DNA from: Podarcis tiliguerta
Taxonomy: Eukaryota
Assembly (NCBI GenBank): GCA_965153285.1
Contig: OZ229115.1
Reading direction: 5' to 3' (one strand)
Length of the DNA stretch: 64,000 nucleotides
Part shown: in pieces, positions 25,592 through 38,372 of the stretch
How positions within the stretch are numbered: the first letter of the stretch is position 1
How the letters are laid out: each line of letters opens with the position of its first letter
The notes under the pieces: model-generated
What the model was told of the DNA's origin: nothing
The model's input: the letters and a program-made list of their open reading frames with translations, nothing else
Databases searched by the model: none
Program-made: the position numbers and the translations under genes

Positions 25592-26125
25592 GGTTTATTG
25601 GTTTCATTTTAAATGTGCTTAAATATCCCTCCTTACAAGGCAACTGTGAAGCACAGAGATAACCACACCTAGCTTCAAAACAACACAATCACACACACTG
25701 CTTTGCTCCTTGGTTTAGACTTCTGCTGTAACACCATAGCTTCAATTTGTGTATTTTGGCTAGACCATACACTGATTACCTAAACCCAGTCAGTTTGCAC
25801 CTTCTTTTTGTATTCTGTGCTTTTTAGTTGTGATGATACTTGGTTCCTTTATAGTGTTTTTTTAATGTTTGTATTATTTTTATTGTTTTGCTGTTTGCCT
25901 CCCTAGCCTTACTGGAGTAGGGGGAAGGGCTAGATAAAAATCCAGGTACTGTAATAATAATTATATACTGGTATTTATGTTTTCTGACCTAAGCATATAC
26001 TTCGTTTCATGGCACTCTTTACAGTTGTCACTATGATCTGTGTATACTAAGTCTTAAGATACCGCTAGTGTTACTCTAGAAATACACTCTGGTCTTCCTC
26101 TCAGGAACTCTCTGTAACAGGAGCC

Positions 26126-26412
26126 CAGGCACCATCTATGTGGGACTATGGAGCCCAGGCACCCACAGACCCACAATGAAGGGGCTGGACATCCCTAAAG
26201 TTCTACATGGTGGCACTCACACACTGTGGGACATACGCACATCATGCTCGCATACACGCCATGGGGCATCCGCACGACATGTCAGCACGCCCCTGAGACA
26301 TGCGCAAGTAATGTCACCATTCCGTGGAGTGTACTGATGTCCCGTGCACACGCTGCAGTGATGTCGGCATGCCCCAGGCCCCCTCTGTCACGGGGACAAG
26401 GTGGTGCGCCTG
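26126..26412. mobile_element. Decayed GC-rich hAT-like MITE
   Basis: Termini caggcaccatct / aggtggtgcgcctg; flanks aacaggagc / aacagtagc; CpG/TpG-rich gcatg-type core. Confidence 0.45.
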
Positions 26413-28828
26413 AACAGTAGCTTGCATTCATGTGGTTCTCAGGCCTTTCCCTCCAAAGCAGTCAATAGGCCCAGGTGGATGCAGGGAAAACAGTGGGGTA
26501 TCTTAAGTGGAACTGCCTTGTTCCATACTAAGCATCTAGGAAATTCAAGGGCATCCTAAACCACTCCATGGCTGGTGTTATTGTTTGGAAGGGAAGTAAC
26601 TTGCAGAGTTTATTTGGCCTTCTTATGTAGTAGATTTCAGATTTCTTTTTCTTTTTCTTGTGGAATTTTGGACACTCTGTTCCTGGTTCAAGCTTTCCTT
26701 TCAAGCATTAGCCAAACGCCCAGGAGTGAAGCAGCTACATGCCACAAGCGTTAATTCTCAGCTGTGCTGTGTGAGGGGAGCTTTACTGATTGCATGTGGC
26801 AGGTTTCAGGAGCCTTTTCAGGCTTCTGTCACTCTTGGTTTCCAAAAGGGAGCACCAGGTTGCGGCAGTAGCTCCCTGAGCCTGGGAAAGCAGAGGCATA
26901 TTTACCAGTTAGGTAATTTGGACGGCTAGCATAGTCCTTAGCTGTGGGCCTCTTTCCATCACTCCTTTGATAACTCTGCAATGCTGCTAATATCGCATTA
27001 TTTCAGTCTGAAGACCCTTGTGCAGGACATATAAAGGTTGATGCCCCTAGAGCACATGTAGAAGGTACAAATGTATGGAACCAAATCCTGATTATTGTCT
27101 TGGGCTCTTTCCAAATAGCCTGGGCTTGTTTGAAAGTGCAGACCAGCTATTAAGAGATTCTCTCTTTGCAGGACTTCCCAAAATATTTTGCAGCATTCAT
27201 ATGATGCTATTGTCTTCAAAATACCAGTCTGTATATTTCTAAATTTAATCTGGATTTACCTTTTCAGGGGAAATACAATTGTTCTCTCTCTCTTTAAGTG
27301 TTTCCAATTTCCCATTTGTGATATCTCACTGCCCCCAATTACAATATTAAACCCCCACCTGGAAGCACCTAAGGTGAGCAGTGAGGACAAACTGGAGGCC
27401 TCTGCTTGAGCTGACCAAAAACCAGAAGTAGGAGCTGTACCAGGAGAAGGCCTTGGGTTGCATCAAAGATTCAGACATGAACTTTTGAAACATTGACTTA
27501 CTTTCTAAAATTAAACATCCCAGGGCACAAGCTGGTCTTTAAATGCACACACTGGAAGACCTTCTTACCCTAATCCGTGGTGTGTGGGAGTTGGTTGTGG
27601 GTTTGGAGTAAGAGAAGGACTCTGCACATGTTTGGAGTCACTCTTCTCTTTCAGATAAAATTGCTTGTGTGTAAACAACCATAGTTGCAATCTCTGTTAC
27701 TTGTCATAGAGGTACCACTCCTCCAGCTGAGGGAGGAGGGAGGCATAAGATCGGAATGTGAAAGCGAGAGAGGTGGTTGTGAGTTGACTGAAAGCACCTT
27801 GGTGTGCCAGGCCTTTGGGCATCTGACGTGCAACAGCCGATTTCCTGCCTTGTAATATTGCTGTCTTACATTCGCTTATGCTCCGCTTTGTAAGAAAAAC
27901 CAATGTTACAAAGACACCTTAAGTCCTCCAGTATGTGCATCCAGAGGAAGATAAACTCAACATTTCACTGTTCAGGAGAGCGGGCAGCATGCAACAGGGG
28001 CTTTGGCCACTTTCTCCAGGAGTAAAGGGAAAAGGAGACCACATGGGCAAACCACTTACCCTGCACGAGGCAACCATGATGACAAAGCACGCCTAGGGCT
28101 AATGCACATTTGTTTTCACACACATCTCTGTATTGTAATTAGCAGGGGCAATTGCCCCTTTTCAAAAGCTTGAGTCACATGATCGCAGCTTCCACCAGCG
28201 GAGAAAAGACTTGAGCCCTTTCCAGTTCCACAGTTCATTCTGTCCCCTCTCTTCCTTTGCCTTTTGCGCCAATTAAGGGTTTGTTTGCCTTTGGAGCAAG
28301 GCAGGGTACACTGAACCAGGAGCAGCTATTACATAAGGAGGCTGGGTCTGAAACACATTCAGAGCAAGGCATCACTCCCAATCTGTTCCTGGAGCTCTGC
28401 TGTTTTTTCTGTTTACTGCTGTTTGCCTTTGTAGCTTTCCTCTGATGTTCCAGTACAAAGCAATGTTCTAAATGCCCGCCAACTCCACTGGGAGAGCGAG
28501 AGATGTGACCAATATTATCCTCCTCCAGCTGACCTCCCCACCACTTGGAATCCACCGCCTCCACTGCATTTTGGACACTGGCTCGCCTAATTTTGGAATG
28601 TGCAGCAGTTCCCCCACATCCCACAGAAAGTGGCCACTCTTCCTTCACCACCTTCACTTTCTGTTTTTCATGTCTTGCTCTTGTCAATAGTAGCATAGGG
28701 AGAAAAAAAATCTGGGGTGACCAGTTGAGTATTTTTTTGGAGTCCCAGCTGCGGAAATTGTAAGAATTACAGTCTGTTCTCATCTTTCTGGTGCTGATCC
28801 TATAGCACTTGTCTAGTGGTCCCTTATG

Positions 28829-29187
28829 TAGGAAGCTGCCTTAAAACTGAGCCTGACCATTGGTCTGCCTAGTTCAGGGGTTGCCAACATGTTTGGGCCT
28901 GTGGGCACATTTTCAAATTGGTGAAACTGTCATGGGCACTCCACATTCACATAGACTACAACCTAGTCTATTAACTACATTATGATACTTAAAAGCTGAG
29001 TTTCAGTAGGTGGGGAGGGTACTCTTTTAGCCTCAGTGAAGGCCTCTGCTGGTACACGTCTCCACAGGAGTGGCATTGGCAAAGCCTGCTCTAACTCATT
29101 ATGGCTGCCAGCTGTATCTGAAGATGCCAAGACTGCCAGCTGGATCTTTTGAGTGCAAACCATGTGCTCTACCACTGAGTCATGACC
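28829..29187 (-). mobile_element. Squam3-like SINE interrupted by another (hAT-like) fragment
   Basis: Tail taggaagctgcctt...tgaccattggtc and head tgctctaccactgag on the minus strand; insert begins caggggttgccaac at 28875. Confidence 0.6.
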
Positions 29188-29710
29188 TTTCTTGTTCTTG
29201 AGTGTTGTAGCATAAAGTTCTAAAATATTTTCCATTTCACTTTTAACTGCTTTGGATGGCTGCTTGTCACTCCATGAAGCTGATAAAACAGGTTGTTTGC
29301 TATGAGGGTTCATGACACAGGAAAGCACTTGCGGTACATTTTCTCCTGTGGCAGCTCCACATGGCAGACACTATTGTGAGAGTGCCGTTTTTCTCTTGTA
29401 CAGTTCCATTTCATTTCCACACTGTTGGTGCAGGAAAACTTCTCAGTGGATCGTACCCTTAGTTTCAGAAGGTGTGATCCTATGCTTTAAGCTCCGTTGA
29501 AAGCAACAGAACTTACTTTTGAGTGGACATACCTTAAGAGTTCATGTTCTACTTCTGCTTCAGCTTGACAGAATTTTCTGGAAACTGCAATATAGTGCTA
29601 TTTCTCAAAACTTAAAAATTACAAGATTTGGAGAGAACCTTTAGGCTCCCAGCTTTGCTCCGAAAATAAAACAGTTCAGCTCCACTGTCTTTTACTAGGA
29701 AACTGAATAA

Positions 29711-30070
29711 AAAGAGCCTGGCTGGATCAGGCCATTTGTTCTTACAGTGACCAACCAGATGCCTATGGGAAGCTCACAGGCAGAAGCTGAGTGGAAAAGC
29801 ATCCTCCCACACCAGCAACAATAATTCAGAATCTGTTCTGTTTAGGTTAGAGCGAAAAAACCATGTCTTACTGGAAGCCTCTCTTTCGTAAATGCATCTC
29901 TGCCATTTGCTCTGAAGAAAGCAGCTATTAAAGGACAACAGGCTCCTGAGTTTCAACAAAGCTTTGCATTAGCATACTGGAAGCAGTCTTCCCTCCCATA
30001 CAGAGGCTCATGTGCCAATGGATTTGTCCTTTGGAATCCTCCTTCAATAGTTGCTGACCACTGTCAAGAG
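29711..30070 (-). mobile_element. CR1-like LINE 3' fragment(s)
   Basis: aagagcctggctggatcaggcc...cagtgaccaaccagatgcctatgggaagc...; ends approximate. Confidence 0.5.
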
Positions 30071-30333
30071 TCACAACCGTAGCCTATTTCAGAATCTAGG
30101 CTATGGTTAATAAACCTAATGGCAGAAACACTGCTTTGTTGTCCTAGCTTCCCCTTAAGAAATAATGCTTTGTGAGCTTTTGTCCACCAAGGGATTGCAT
30201 CCATGTTTCTAAAATAATGTGGTTTTCCTTAAGCAATAAAATCCTTATAATGTGGGGCAGGGAAAATGCTAATAATAGTCCCAAATGTGTATGTTTCTCA
30301 CCATCTTGGCTTAAGGAAGTCCTAAGCAGAAGT

Positions 30334-30347
30334 ACACTAGGTGGCAC
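30334..30347 (+). promoter_or_regulatory. CTCF core motif
   Basis: ACACTAGGTGGCAC. Confidence 0.5.
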
Positions 30348-30867
30348 CCTCCTCCATGTCTTGAGGAATGACACCACCAAGAACAGAGATCTGAAGGTTT
30401 GACTGAAAATCTTCAGATCCCAGCATCTAACTAGGAGAGCAGTTGCATATAACAGGCAACAATGAGACAAACATACAGAGAATCGTTAATTTGTAAATAG
30501 TAGAATGGCTACAATAATGTCAATATTGAAACCATGCTGCCCCCCCCCATTTGATTTAATACTGTGACCTTTGCCTGATAGGTTTGAAAAGTTTTAGGGC
30601 CTTGCCTAGACATATAGTTTGATACAATTATGTAAAATAATTGGATATTTACATGATTGAGATGTCTCCTTCATGTTGCAGTGTTTGATAAAACTATAAT
30701 TATTTTAGAAAATAATAATAATTTTCAGGTTGTGCATTTTTAATAATGACATTATGGGAAGAATCTGACATTGTTACCTGGATGGGGGCAGAAGCAAAGA
30801 GTCTTGGTGTCAGTACCTAGGCTGGTATGAGCATGCCACCACCAGAGGTGACACTGCTTGCTGCACT

Positions 30868-30912
30868 CTTCTTCTTCTTCTTCTTCTTCTTCTTCTTCTT
30901 CTTCTTCTTCTT
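30868..30912. repeat. (CTT)15 microsatellite
   Basis: Seen directly. Confidence 0.97.
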
Positions 30913-31164
30913 CCACTATAGTCATGGATCTGGCGGCTGGGTATGTACACCGTTACAAATACTCATTTTACCATTTAAAAGATATATTATCCTTTTCTGT
31001 AACACAATAGTGCTTATTCCTAAGTATAGTAATGATGGCACTATGAGTTAAGTTAGTTTAAACTTATGCTCAGAGTGTTTACTTTTAATTGGGTCTGGCA
31101 AAGTGTAACTCTTAAGAGTAGTAGCATCCAATAGAATATAAAGAACACATGATATATCGGACAA

Positions 31165-31630
31165 CAAAAGCTTCCCAATACAGGACTGCTTTCAGGTGTC
31201 TATGGAAGGTTGTATAATTGTTTATCTCTGACATCTGACTGGAGATTGTTCCACTGGATGGGTGCCACTACCAAGAAGGCCCTCTCTCTGGTTCCCTGTA
31301 ACTTCACATCTCACAATGAGGGAACCGGAGCTGGACCTAAATGATGGGAGTGGAGATGCTCCAGGTATACAGGGCTGAAGCTGTTTAGGGCTTTAAATGT
31401 CAGGGAATAGAGAAGAGGTATGTTAATTGTGTGCTTCACAACTGAAGTAACAGAGATGGTGGTCTAAAGACCATTAGGTCCTAGCTGCAACAGTGTGAGC
31501 TAATGCCTTGAATTGGATTCAGTAGTGGACTGGGAACCCATATAGATAAGGTGTGTTTCATATGCCTTTTCTCAGCTAGTAAACTTATTACTGTATTTTG
31601 TACTCATTCTAGTTTCTTAAAATCTTCAAG
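31165..31630 (-). mobile_element. L2-like LINE 3' fragment
   Basis: ggtgccactaccaagaaggccctc...ggttccctgtaac...gtttagggctttaaa, typical of the antisense squamate L2 3' region (recalled). Confidence 0.65.
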
Positions 31631-31640
31631 GACGACCTCA

Positions 31641-31800
31641 GAGGCAGGCCACAGCGCAGTGGTAGAGCACATGTTTTGCATGCAAAAGGTCCCAGGTTCA
31701 ATCCCCAACATCTTTAGGTAGTGCTGAGAATGTTCCTTATTTGAAACTCTGGAGAGCAGTCACTAGTCAATGTCAACAATTCTGTGCCCGGCAGCTTCCA
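31641..31800 (+). mobile_element. tRNA-derived SINE (Squam3-like)
   Basis: A box gcgcagtggtagagca, B box ggttcaatccc, body gaaactctggagagc, tail ggcagcttcc. Confidence 0.75.
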
Positions 31801-34160
31801 GTGTTCATTTCTCCACCCCTAAACAAGAGTACTGGCCCACCACATGCTGGCTAGTTTGACTGGTGGATGGGACTGCACAGCTACCAATTACCGTAGCTTG
31901 CTTTTGGCAGTCTCAGGAGGACCCCCATGCTTACAAAAGTACAACAGCATTTCAGAAGAAAATTTACAGAGGGACATACCCCCTCCCAAAGATACCCACT
32001 ACATAGTTCTCAGCATACTCAGTAGGCAAGGACTTCTGGCTGACTATTGAAGGTAAGGTAGAATGGAAAATTGAGAAAAGAATTGGAAAGGAGTGGTATC
32101 CTGCAAAGGGGCATGGCTGTCTCCCTGGAACCCTGAACAAAAACGCTCCACATTTCATAGCACAGGTCTCTCTTGTACTGTCTGCTAGTCATTCTCGAGC
32201 GTTACTAGCTAACAGTCTGTGAGTAGAGAAAATAGCCCCTGCTGGTGTTAAACTTCATATAAAGGTTTCTGTTTCCTTTTGTAAGCACAGCCAAAGGTGC
32301 TCTGCAGCTAGCAAATATCCTTGCCTGCTAACCTGGAGGATCAAAGGTCCAGGCTTTTGGGGCCCTGTGCCTGACACCAAAAACTCTCTTCTAGACCCAA
32401 ACTATGCTTCTGTTCTTTGCTAATCCAAGCACTAGGATGTGGAGCTAAGCAAAACACCAAAGCGTTCCAAAATACAGATGTTGAAAAGCAACAGCATTTG
32501 GTCTGGTTGCTGCTGCTGCTTTCCTCCAGGAGCACTCAAAATACTGGACTTCTGTTCCTTGATGTTTGAGCAGTTTAAATTAGACCCCAAGGAGGAGTGG
32601 GTGGGAGAGGATAACGCTATTCCTGCAAAGACGATGACTGCATTAAACATCAATTTCCTTGTATTTTTCTTTCACTTGGATCCAAGTGGATCTGGCATGC
32701 TTAAAAAAAAGTTCAGACATCCTTCAGTAATTTCAGCTCTTTGAAACTGGCCAAAGTTTCAAAAAGCTTGTCACTGGGCCTCTGCCTGCTTCCTGGAGGG
32801 CCTCCACCTCTCCTCAACTCTCGCTGCCAAGCCCTTGCATTTTTCACAGCAGGACCAAAAACCTCAAGATATTCACAAGTGGGCTCCTCCCCCATCCCTG
32901 GCATATTGATATTCATTTGGAAGCTGTAATTAATTAGGCTCTGTTGCCCTTTCACCCCTCTAAGCCCCTGGTGCTGCTTTGGCCCTGCTGTTTGAAACTC
33001 TGCAATGTCAGCACATTCCAGCAAAAGCTGTTTTGAGTGAGGGCCTCTGGAAAAAGGGAAACCCCATTAAATTCCAGCACTTGTATATTCCTTGAGGGCC
33101 TTGGTCTGAAACACCTTTCAAAAGTTGCCCAGTGTATTAATTTAGGAAAAGAGAGGGACGTTAAATCTAGCCTCCTTTCATTCTCCCTCTTCTGCCTACT
33201 GCTGGCTGCACACTTTAACTCCAAAGTTTGTTTTTCATATAAGTTACCGGTTTTAGAGGAAATCTGCAGTGATGGAAATGACTTCTGTTTCAGGATTTAG
33301 ACATTTTTCTTTTAGATAAAGATATAACTATTAAAAACTATAAAACTTCAAAATAAAAAGAGTAATGATGTCAGAAACCAAATACAGTATGCAAAATTGC
33401 CTCCAACCAAATAAAACATATCTCTAAGATTCATACATGGACTGTGACACCAATTTCAACAATGACTAATACTGGTGCAATTTTTTCTCTCCCAGTGCCT
33501 TGTATAAAGCTAGTGGAGGAAAATTTGTGCCAGACAGTTTAGAGGATTGGACTACCCATATCCAGTATGTTAAAATTAAAAAGAGTTAGAACTTTCTGCT
33601 TGGAATAAACCTCAATTATTAATAACTTCATTAGCACCTGACTGAATATGAGGCAGTTTATGAAGACTACGTACACCAGAAGCAAAGGCACATATACAGT
33701 TGAAGCATATGTATTTAACTGGGTATACATAAAAAAATGTTGACTGGATCTTCCAGACCTTTCAGCAATTTTGATTTAGGCTTTGAGTGGATATGAAATA
33801 GCAAAATTTACTGTGTTTGCCAAAGCGAAACAAATGCTATTAGACTGCTCAGGAAATACTTTGGGGTTGCTTTGGTTTGGCAGCGCAAATTGGTGTAAGA
33901 TTTCAATCTAGGATGGGCTGGGTTTATATTTCTTTTTCCACAGCTCTGTGTCAGCTCTCTGGCTCTGCCAGAACCCAGAGTAACCATACAAATACTTGCA
34001 TATCCTGCTCTCAGTTTACAGGTACATTTAGTTGGAACTCAACTGCTAAGGAAGTACTTTCTTCTGGGAGGGCCATTTGGCAGAAGGATCAGACGTTCTG
34101 TCTAGGAACATATGGCTATATGTATATGACCCATGCATACCTTCGCACAAGTGGATTCTT

Positions 34161-34162
<2 letters not shown>

Positions 34163-34222
<60 letters not shown>
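34163..34222. repeat. Compound (TC)19(AC)11 microsatellite
   Basis: Seen directly. Confidence 0.97.
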
Positions 34223-34917
34223 CAAACAAACACATCACTTTCACAAATGTCATTTAAAGCACACACACCAAAAATCCTGGTAACTAGTTTATTAAGGGTG
34301 CTGTGATTTGTAGGTATGTCAAGTGTGTGTTGCAATTTTTACTGGGGTTCAATGTGCATCTGGAAAGGGTTAAATGCTCTGTTTCCCCTCTGTGCTTTTG
34401 TAATGTTAGTCCCCTCCCCACTGTTTTTTTTAAAAAACAAAACACAAAACAAAACAAAACAAAACAAAACATAAAGGCAATGCTATTTAATAGGGAAGAT
34501 TTGAAGCAATAGAGCTGAATCCTAGAGAGGCAGATCTCTAGTGGTGGTAACTGGCCAGAATAAACCACCTACACCTGGGGGAAATTGCTCATCAATTTCA
34601 TTTAGTTTAAAAAGCTGGATTGTTTCAGCTCTAGAAAGAAAACTGAAGAAGGAAAATGCAAGAGGGGGTATTTTGTGGATGATGTTGTGGATCTGCCCTC
34701 TAAAAAGTAAGTAAGCAAAGTGTGACTCTTCTGGTGTGGAAGCAGCCACAGACAATGGCTGAGAAATTGATTTACTCTTGATAGAGCCCTAAAACACTAG
34801 CTCTCTTGAGGACAGTGTGGCAGCTCTGGGGGAAAAGGGAAATACAGCAAGCTACCTCAATGCTATCCTGTTACTATTGCCTGATTTTTCCCTGCTGCAG
34901 ACCGCAAAGGTCCTAAG

Positions 34918-35140
34918 CAGTGTTCCCCCTCCCAAAAAATATGTTTAGGGATACTCATTTTGACAAAAGAAATCACCATTTTACAGTTGATATTGGGGAA
35001 AATAAAGACAACTTTGGGCAATCCTCCCCCCCCAAAAGCTGAAAAACTCTGGGCCATCATCCATTTTACTAAATTTGAGGCCCCCCCAAATAAGGGGTGT
35101 CTTATACACGGGGATATGTTATACACAGAAAAATATGGTA
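34918..35140. mobile_element. Composite DNA-transposon fragments (hAT-like left end, Tigger-like right end)
   Basis: cagtgttcccc start; ttatacacgggg...tatacacagaaaaatatggta end. Confidence 0.4.
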
Positions 35141-36084
35141 AGTTTAATAATATAATAATAATTATTATTAATACATGGCTTCCCCCAAAGACTCCTGGGA
35201 ACTGTAGTTTACTCACAGAGCAGCAATTTCCAACACCCCCTTCCTCCTCTGTTATCCAGTGATAGTAGAAACCAGGAAAAACCTGGTCTTTCTTGTGTGC
35301 TTACTTAATATTCTTTTTTATAGCTGCTCTCAAAAATATTTTGAAGCTGGAGAAAACCTTGATATCATGCACAAACAAGCTATTGAAATGTTTTTACCCA
35401 ACTGTATTTGTAAAGATTATCAAAGGACCAAATAGTAGTGTTAGGATTGACGCTTGCAAAAGGACTCAACAGGAATATTACAGCCCTTAAAAACTGGCCC
35501 CCAGTTTCCTTGATTCTGTTTGAGGCCTACAAAGCCTGCATTTGGACTAGTGTTTGCTTGTGTTGGAGGTAGGCTGTTAGTCTTCAGCCTGGAAGTAATA
35601 TCAGCTGCTTTATCTGAGCTTGATGAGCCCCACCTGTGTTTTTAACCCTATGCTAGTTTGTTGTAGGGTCATCATGTCTGCCCAGGTTTCTCTCCCATAC
35701 ATATGATTCAGACTCCCAGTAAAAGTGACTGAGTGATATACTGGCCAAGTTAAGAGTATAACCATGTCAGTGAAGACAAAGTCAGACTATGCTTGATTCC
35801 CTGTCTGTGAGAGCGAAGGTGGTTATTATTATTTTTTTTTATGTTGACAGAAGAATGTGGAAAGGTTCAGCCAATCTTTTGGATTTTTTGCTGGCTTGTT
35901 GGTATGATGAGTTACTGACTTAGTTTGGAAGATGGACCCCATTGTTTTTGGAGATATATCTCATAATCAGTGTTAATTCAGAGGCGGCAGCGTTTATTCA
36001 GTATTTAGTTTTGTTTTTAAATCATGTCCTGCCCTTCAAAAGAACCCCCCAGTAATGCTAGTTTATAATGTTCAATTAAAATAA

Positions 36085-36581
36085 TGTTGCACACCATTCC
36101 AATCTCAGAGCAGTACGAGATTCCAGGGAATAGGAATGAGAGACAGTGGAGACTATGGTATCTTTATGATATATGATTTATTTACACGTATATATAACTG
36201 GAGCCTACAGTGGAGGGCCTCACAGCATTAACACCCCAAGAAGGTCTTGCTTCTCCCATAGCCACAGCCTTGGATCCCAGCAGAAATCAGACAGGGCTCT
36301 GTCTCTCAGCTGTCCAGTCTTTCCTTCTAGCTCACACACCTCAGCTCTGATCTTTTGTCTTTCTAACTGACAGCAAGTTGAAGTGGGGGCTCACTCATTT
36401 GTCCTCAGGCCCAGAGCCATTTCACCTGTTACCTTAACTACCCATACTTCGGCTATTACTTCACCAGGAAGATGGCCTGACCGTTCCTGATATTTACGTA
36501 ATCCTTGTTGGATCCAGGAATTAGAATATACAGGCTAACTTCCCTAAAGGTATACAGCCTAACTCCCCTAAACTCACAACA
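36085..36581 (-). mobile_element. Candidate solo LTR (Gypsy-like) nested in an L2-like 3' end
   Basis: TGTTG...CAACA termini, ~497 bp, minus-strand AATAAA near 36177, flanks ataa/atca (imperfect 4-bp TSD). Confidence 0.5.
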
Positions 36582-37664
36582 ATCACATTAAAGTACTAAA
36601 AACACAACAATAAAAAATGAAACTGCAGACAATGCAGATTCAGAGCCAAAAGATTTTTAAGAAGCCTGGAGGAAGGGGGGAAGTATTCACCTGGTGCAGA
36701 AAAGATAACCAAGTAGGCGCCAGGCAAGCTTCCCTAGGGAGAGAACTTTCCATCTGCAGGCACCATTGGGTAGATGTTGTGCCAAAATAGGGAGGTTAGG
36801 ATCAGATAGCTAAGAGCTTTTTCTTCTTCTAGGCTGTCTCCCAACCTTCTGCTCCTGTTGAATGCCAAGTCTAGTTCTTACCAAAACAAAAACAAAAAAT
36901 CCAACCCCCAAAACTACGAACACCTGTGATTTAATTATGGATTAAAAGACTGATTTCTTGTTTTACACACACCCATCACTATGGGAAGCATAGGACGTGT
37001 TTGTAATATTTAATCTTTCTAGGTGGCTATGAGGTTTTGTGATTGATTTTTATTGTATGTTAATGTTTTGTTGCTCTGTTCCGTTGTGTGTCGTGAGCTG
37101 CTTTGGGGGGGGCATTAAAAAAAAAACCCTGGATGTGAAATGTCAAGGAACAGTGAGATATGGCTACCTGATAGAGGGAAGGCACTCTGCTTGTGCTTCC
37201 AGACATACTTTCCTGATGGTTGCATGTTTAGAAACTGAACTCTGACATTTTGAACATGTTCTGCTGGAGCTGAGACTGGCTGATATTAACATCTGGAAAT
37301 ATAAATTAAAATGAGGTAGCCATCTCTACAGAATAAGTTAAATGCCTTTTATTGGGACCAACCAATGTTTGCAAAGCACTATATAAGCTTCTAGGTAATG
37401 CAGAACTCTTCCTCGGACTGGATGACCAAGCAGGATTTTTGAAGAGCAAAATTGCATATTTTAAATGTTGGCTGGCTTAGTAGAATAAAATTCCCAGACA
37501 CAATAACATAACATGTAAAAACCAATCAATTTTCACAAGCCAGCATGTGATACAGTAACTACTAGGTAATATTACCAAGTTTTCTTCATTCCAGCGTTCT
37601 CAGAGATATTAAGTAACTAAGTTCTAATTTAATGGAACACCAAAATCTTATTTATGTCTGTCTG

Positions 37665-37755
37665 CCTAAGGCTGCAATCCTGTATGCAATGTACACACTT
37701 AAACTTGAAGTAAGCTCTAGTGAACATGTATAGACATGAATAGGATTGCACTCTA
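37665..37755. mobile_element. Short palindromic MITE (related copy at 44077-44175)
   Basis: ctaaggctgcaatcct...aggattgcactctag inverted ends; identical left end at 44077. Confidence 0.55.
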
Positions 37756-37908
37756 GGTTTGCAAGGACATCCATCCCGAGACTGGAATAATCCATAGATA
37801 AATACAAGCTTTTGCTTGGAAACATATACCCCTGCCCACCTGACCAATTATCCTTAGAAGAGTTCTGTGCCACTTGAAAGCTTACGTATTGTGTTATGAA
37901 GACTGGTA

Positions 37909-38270
37909 AAATGTAAAGGTAAAGGTACCCCTGCCCATACAGGCCATTCTTGACAGACTCTAGGGTTGTGCGCTCATCTCACTCTAGAGGCCGGGAGCCA
38001 GCGTTGTCCGCAGACACTTCCGGGTCACATGGCCAGTGTGACAAGCTGCATCTGGCGAGCCAGCGCAGCACACGGAACGCCGTTTACCTTCCCGCTAGTA
38101 AGCGGTCCCTATTTATCTACTTGCACCCGGGGATGCTTTCGAACTGCTAGGTTGGCAGGCGCTGGGACCCAACGACGGGAGTGCACCCCGCCGCGGGGTT
38201 TCAAACCGCCGATCATGAGATCGGCAAGTCCTAGGCGCTGAGGTTTTACCCACAGTGCCACCCGCGTCCC
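37909..38270 (-). mobile_element. Full-length Sauria SINE
   Basis: Minus-strand head gggacgcgggtggcactgtgggtaaaac, BovB-related 3' end, (ACCTTT)n tail. Confidence 0.93.
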
Positions 38271-38280
38271 TGGTAGACTG

Positions 38281-38372
38281 GTAAAGGTAAAGGTACCCCT
38301 GCCCGTACGGGCCAGTCGTGTCCGACTCTAGGGTTGTACGCCCATCTCACTTAAGAGGCCACCCACGTCCCC
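38281..38372 (-). mobile_element. Internally deleted Sauria SINE
   Basis: ~80 bp of SINE 3' end joined to ~13 bp of 5' end at gcc; ggtagactggta repeats at 38272-38283 and 38375-38386. Confidence 0.85.

Noticed and set aside
28235-28783. 182-aa minus-strand ORF
   Set aside because: No recognisable domain or family; length compatible with chance in this window
31641-31710. tRNA gene
   Set aside because: The tRNA-like head continues into a SINE body repeated elsewhere in the window; no intact acceptor stem
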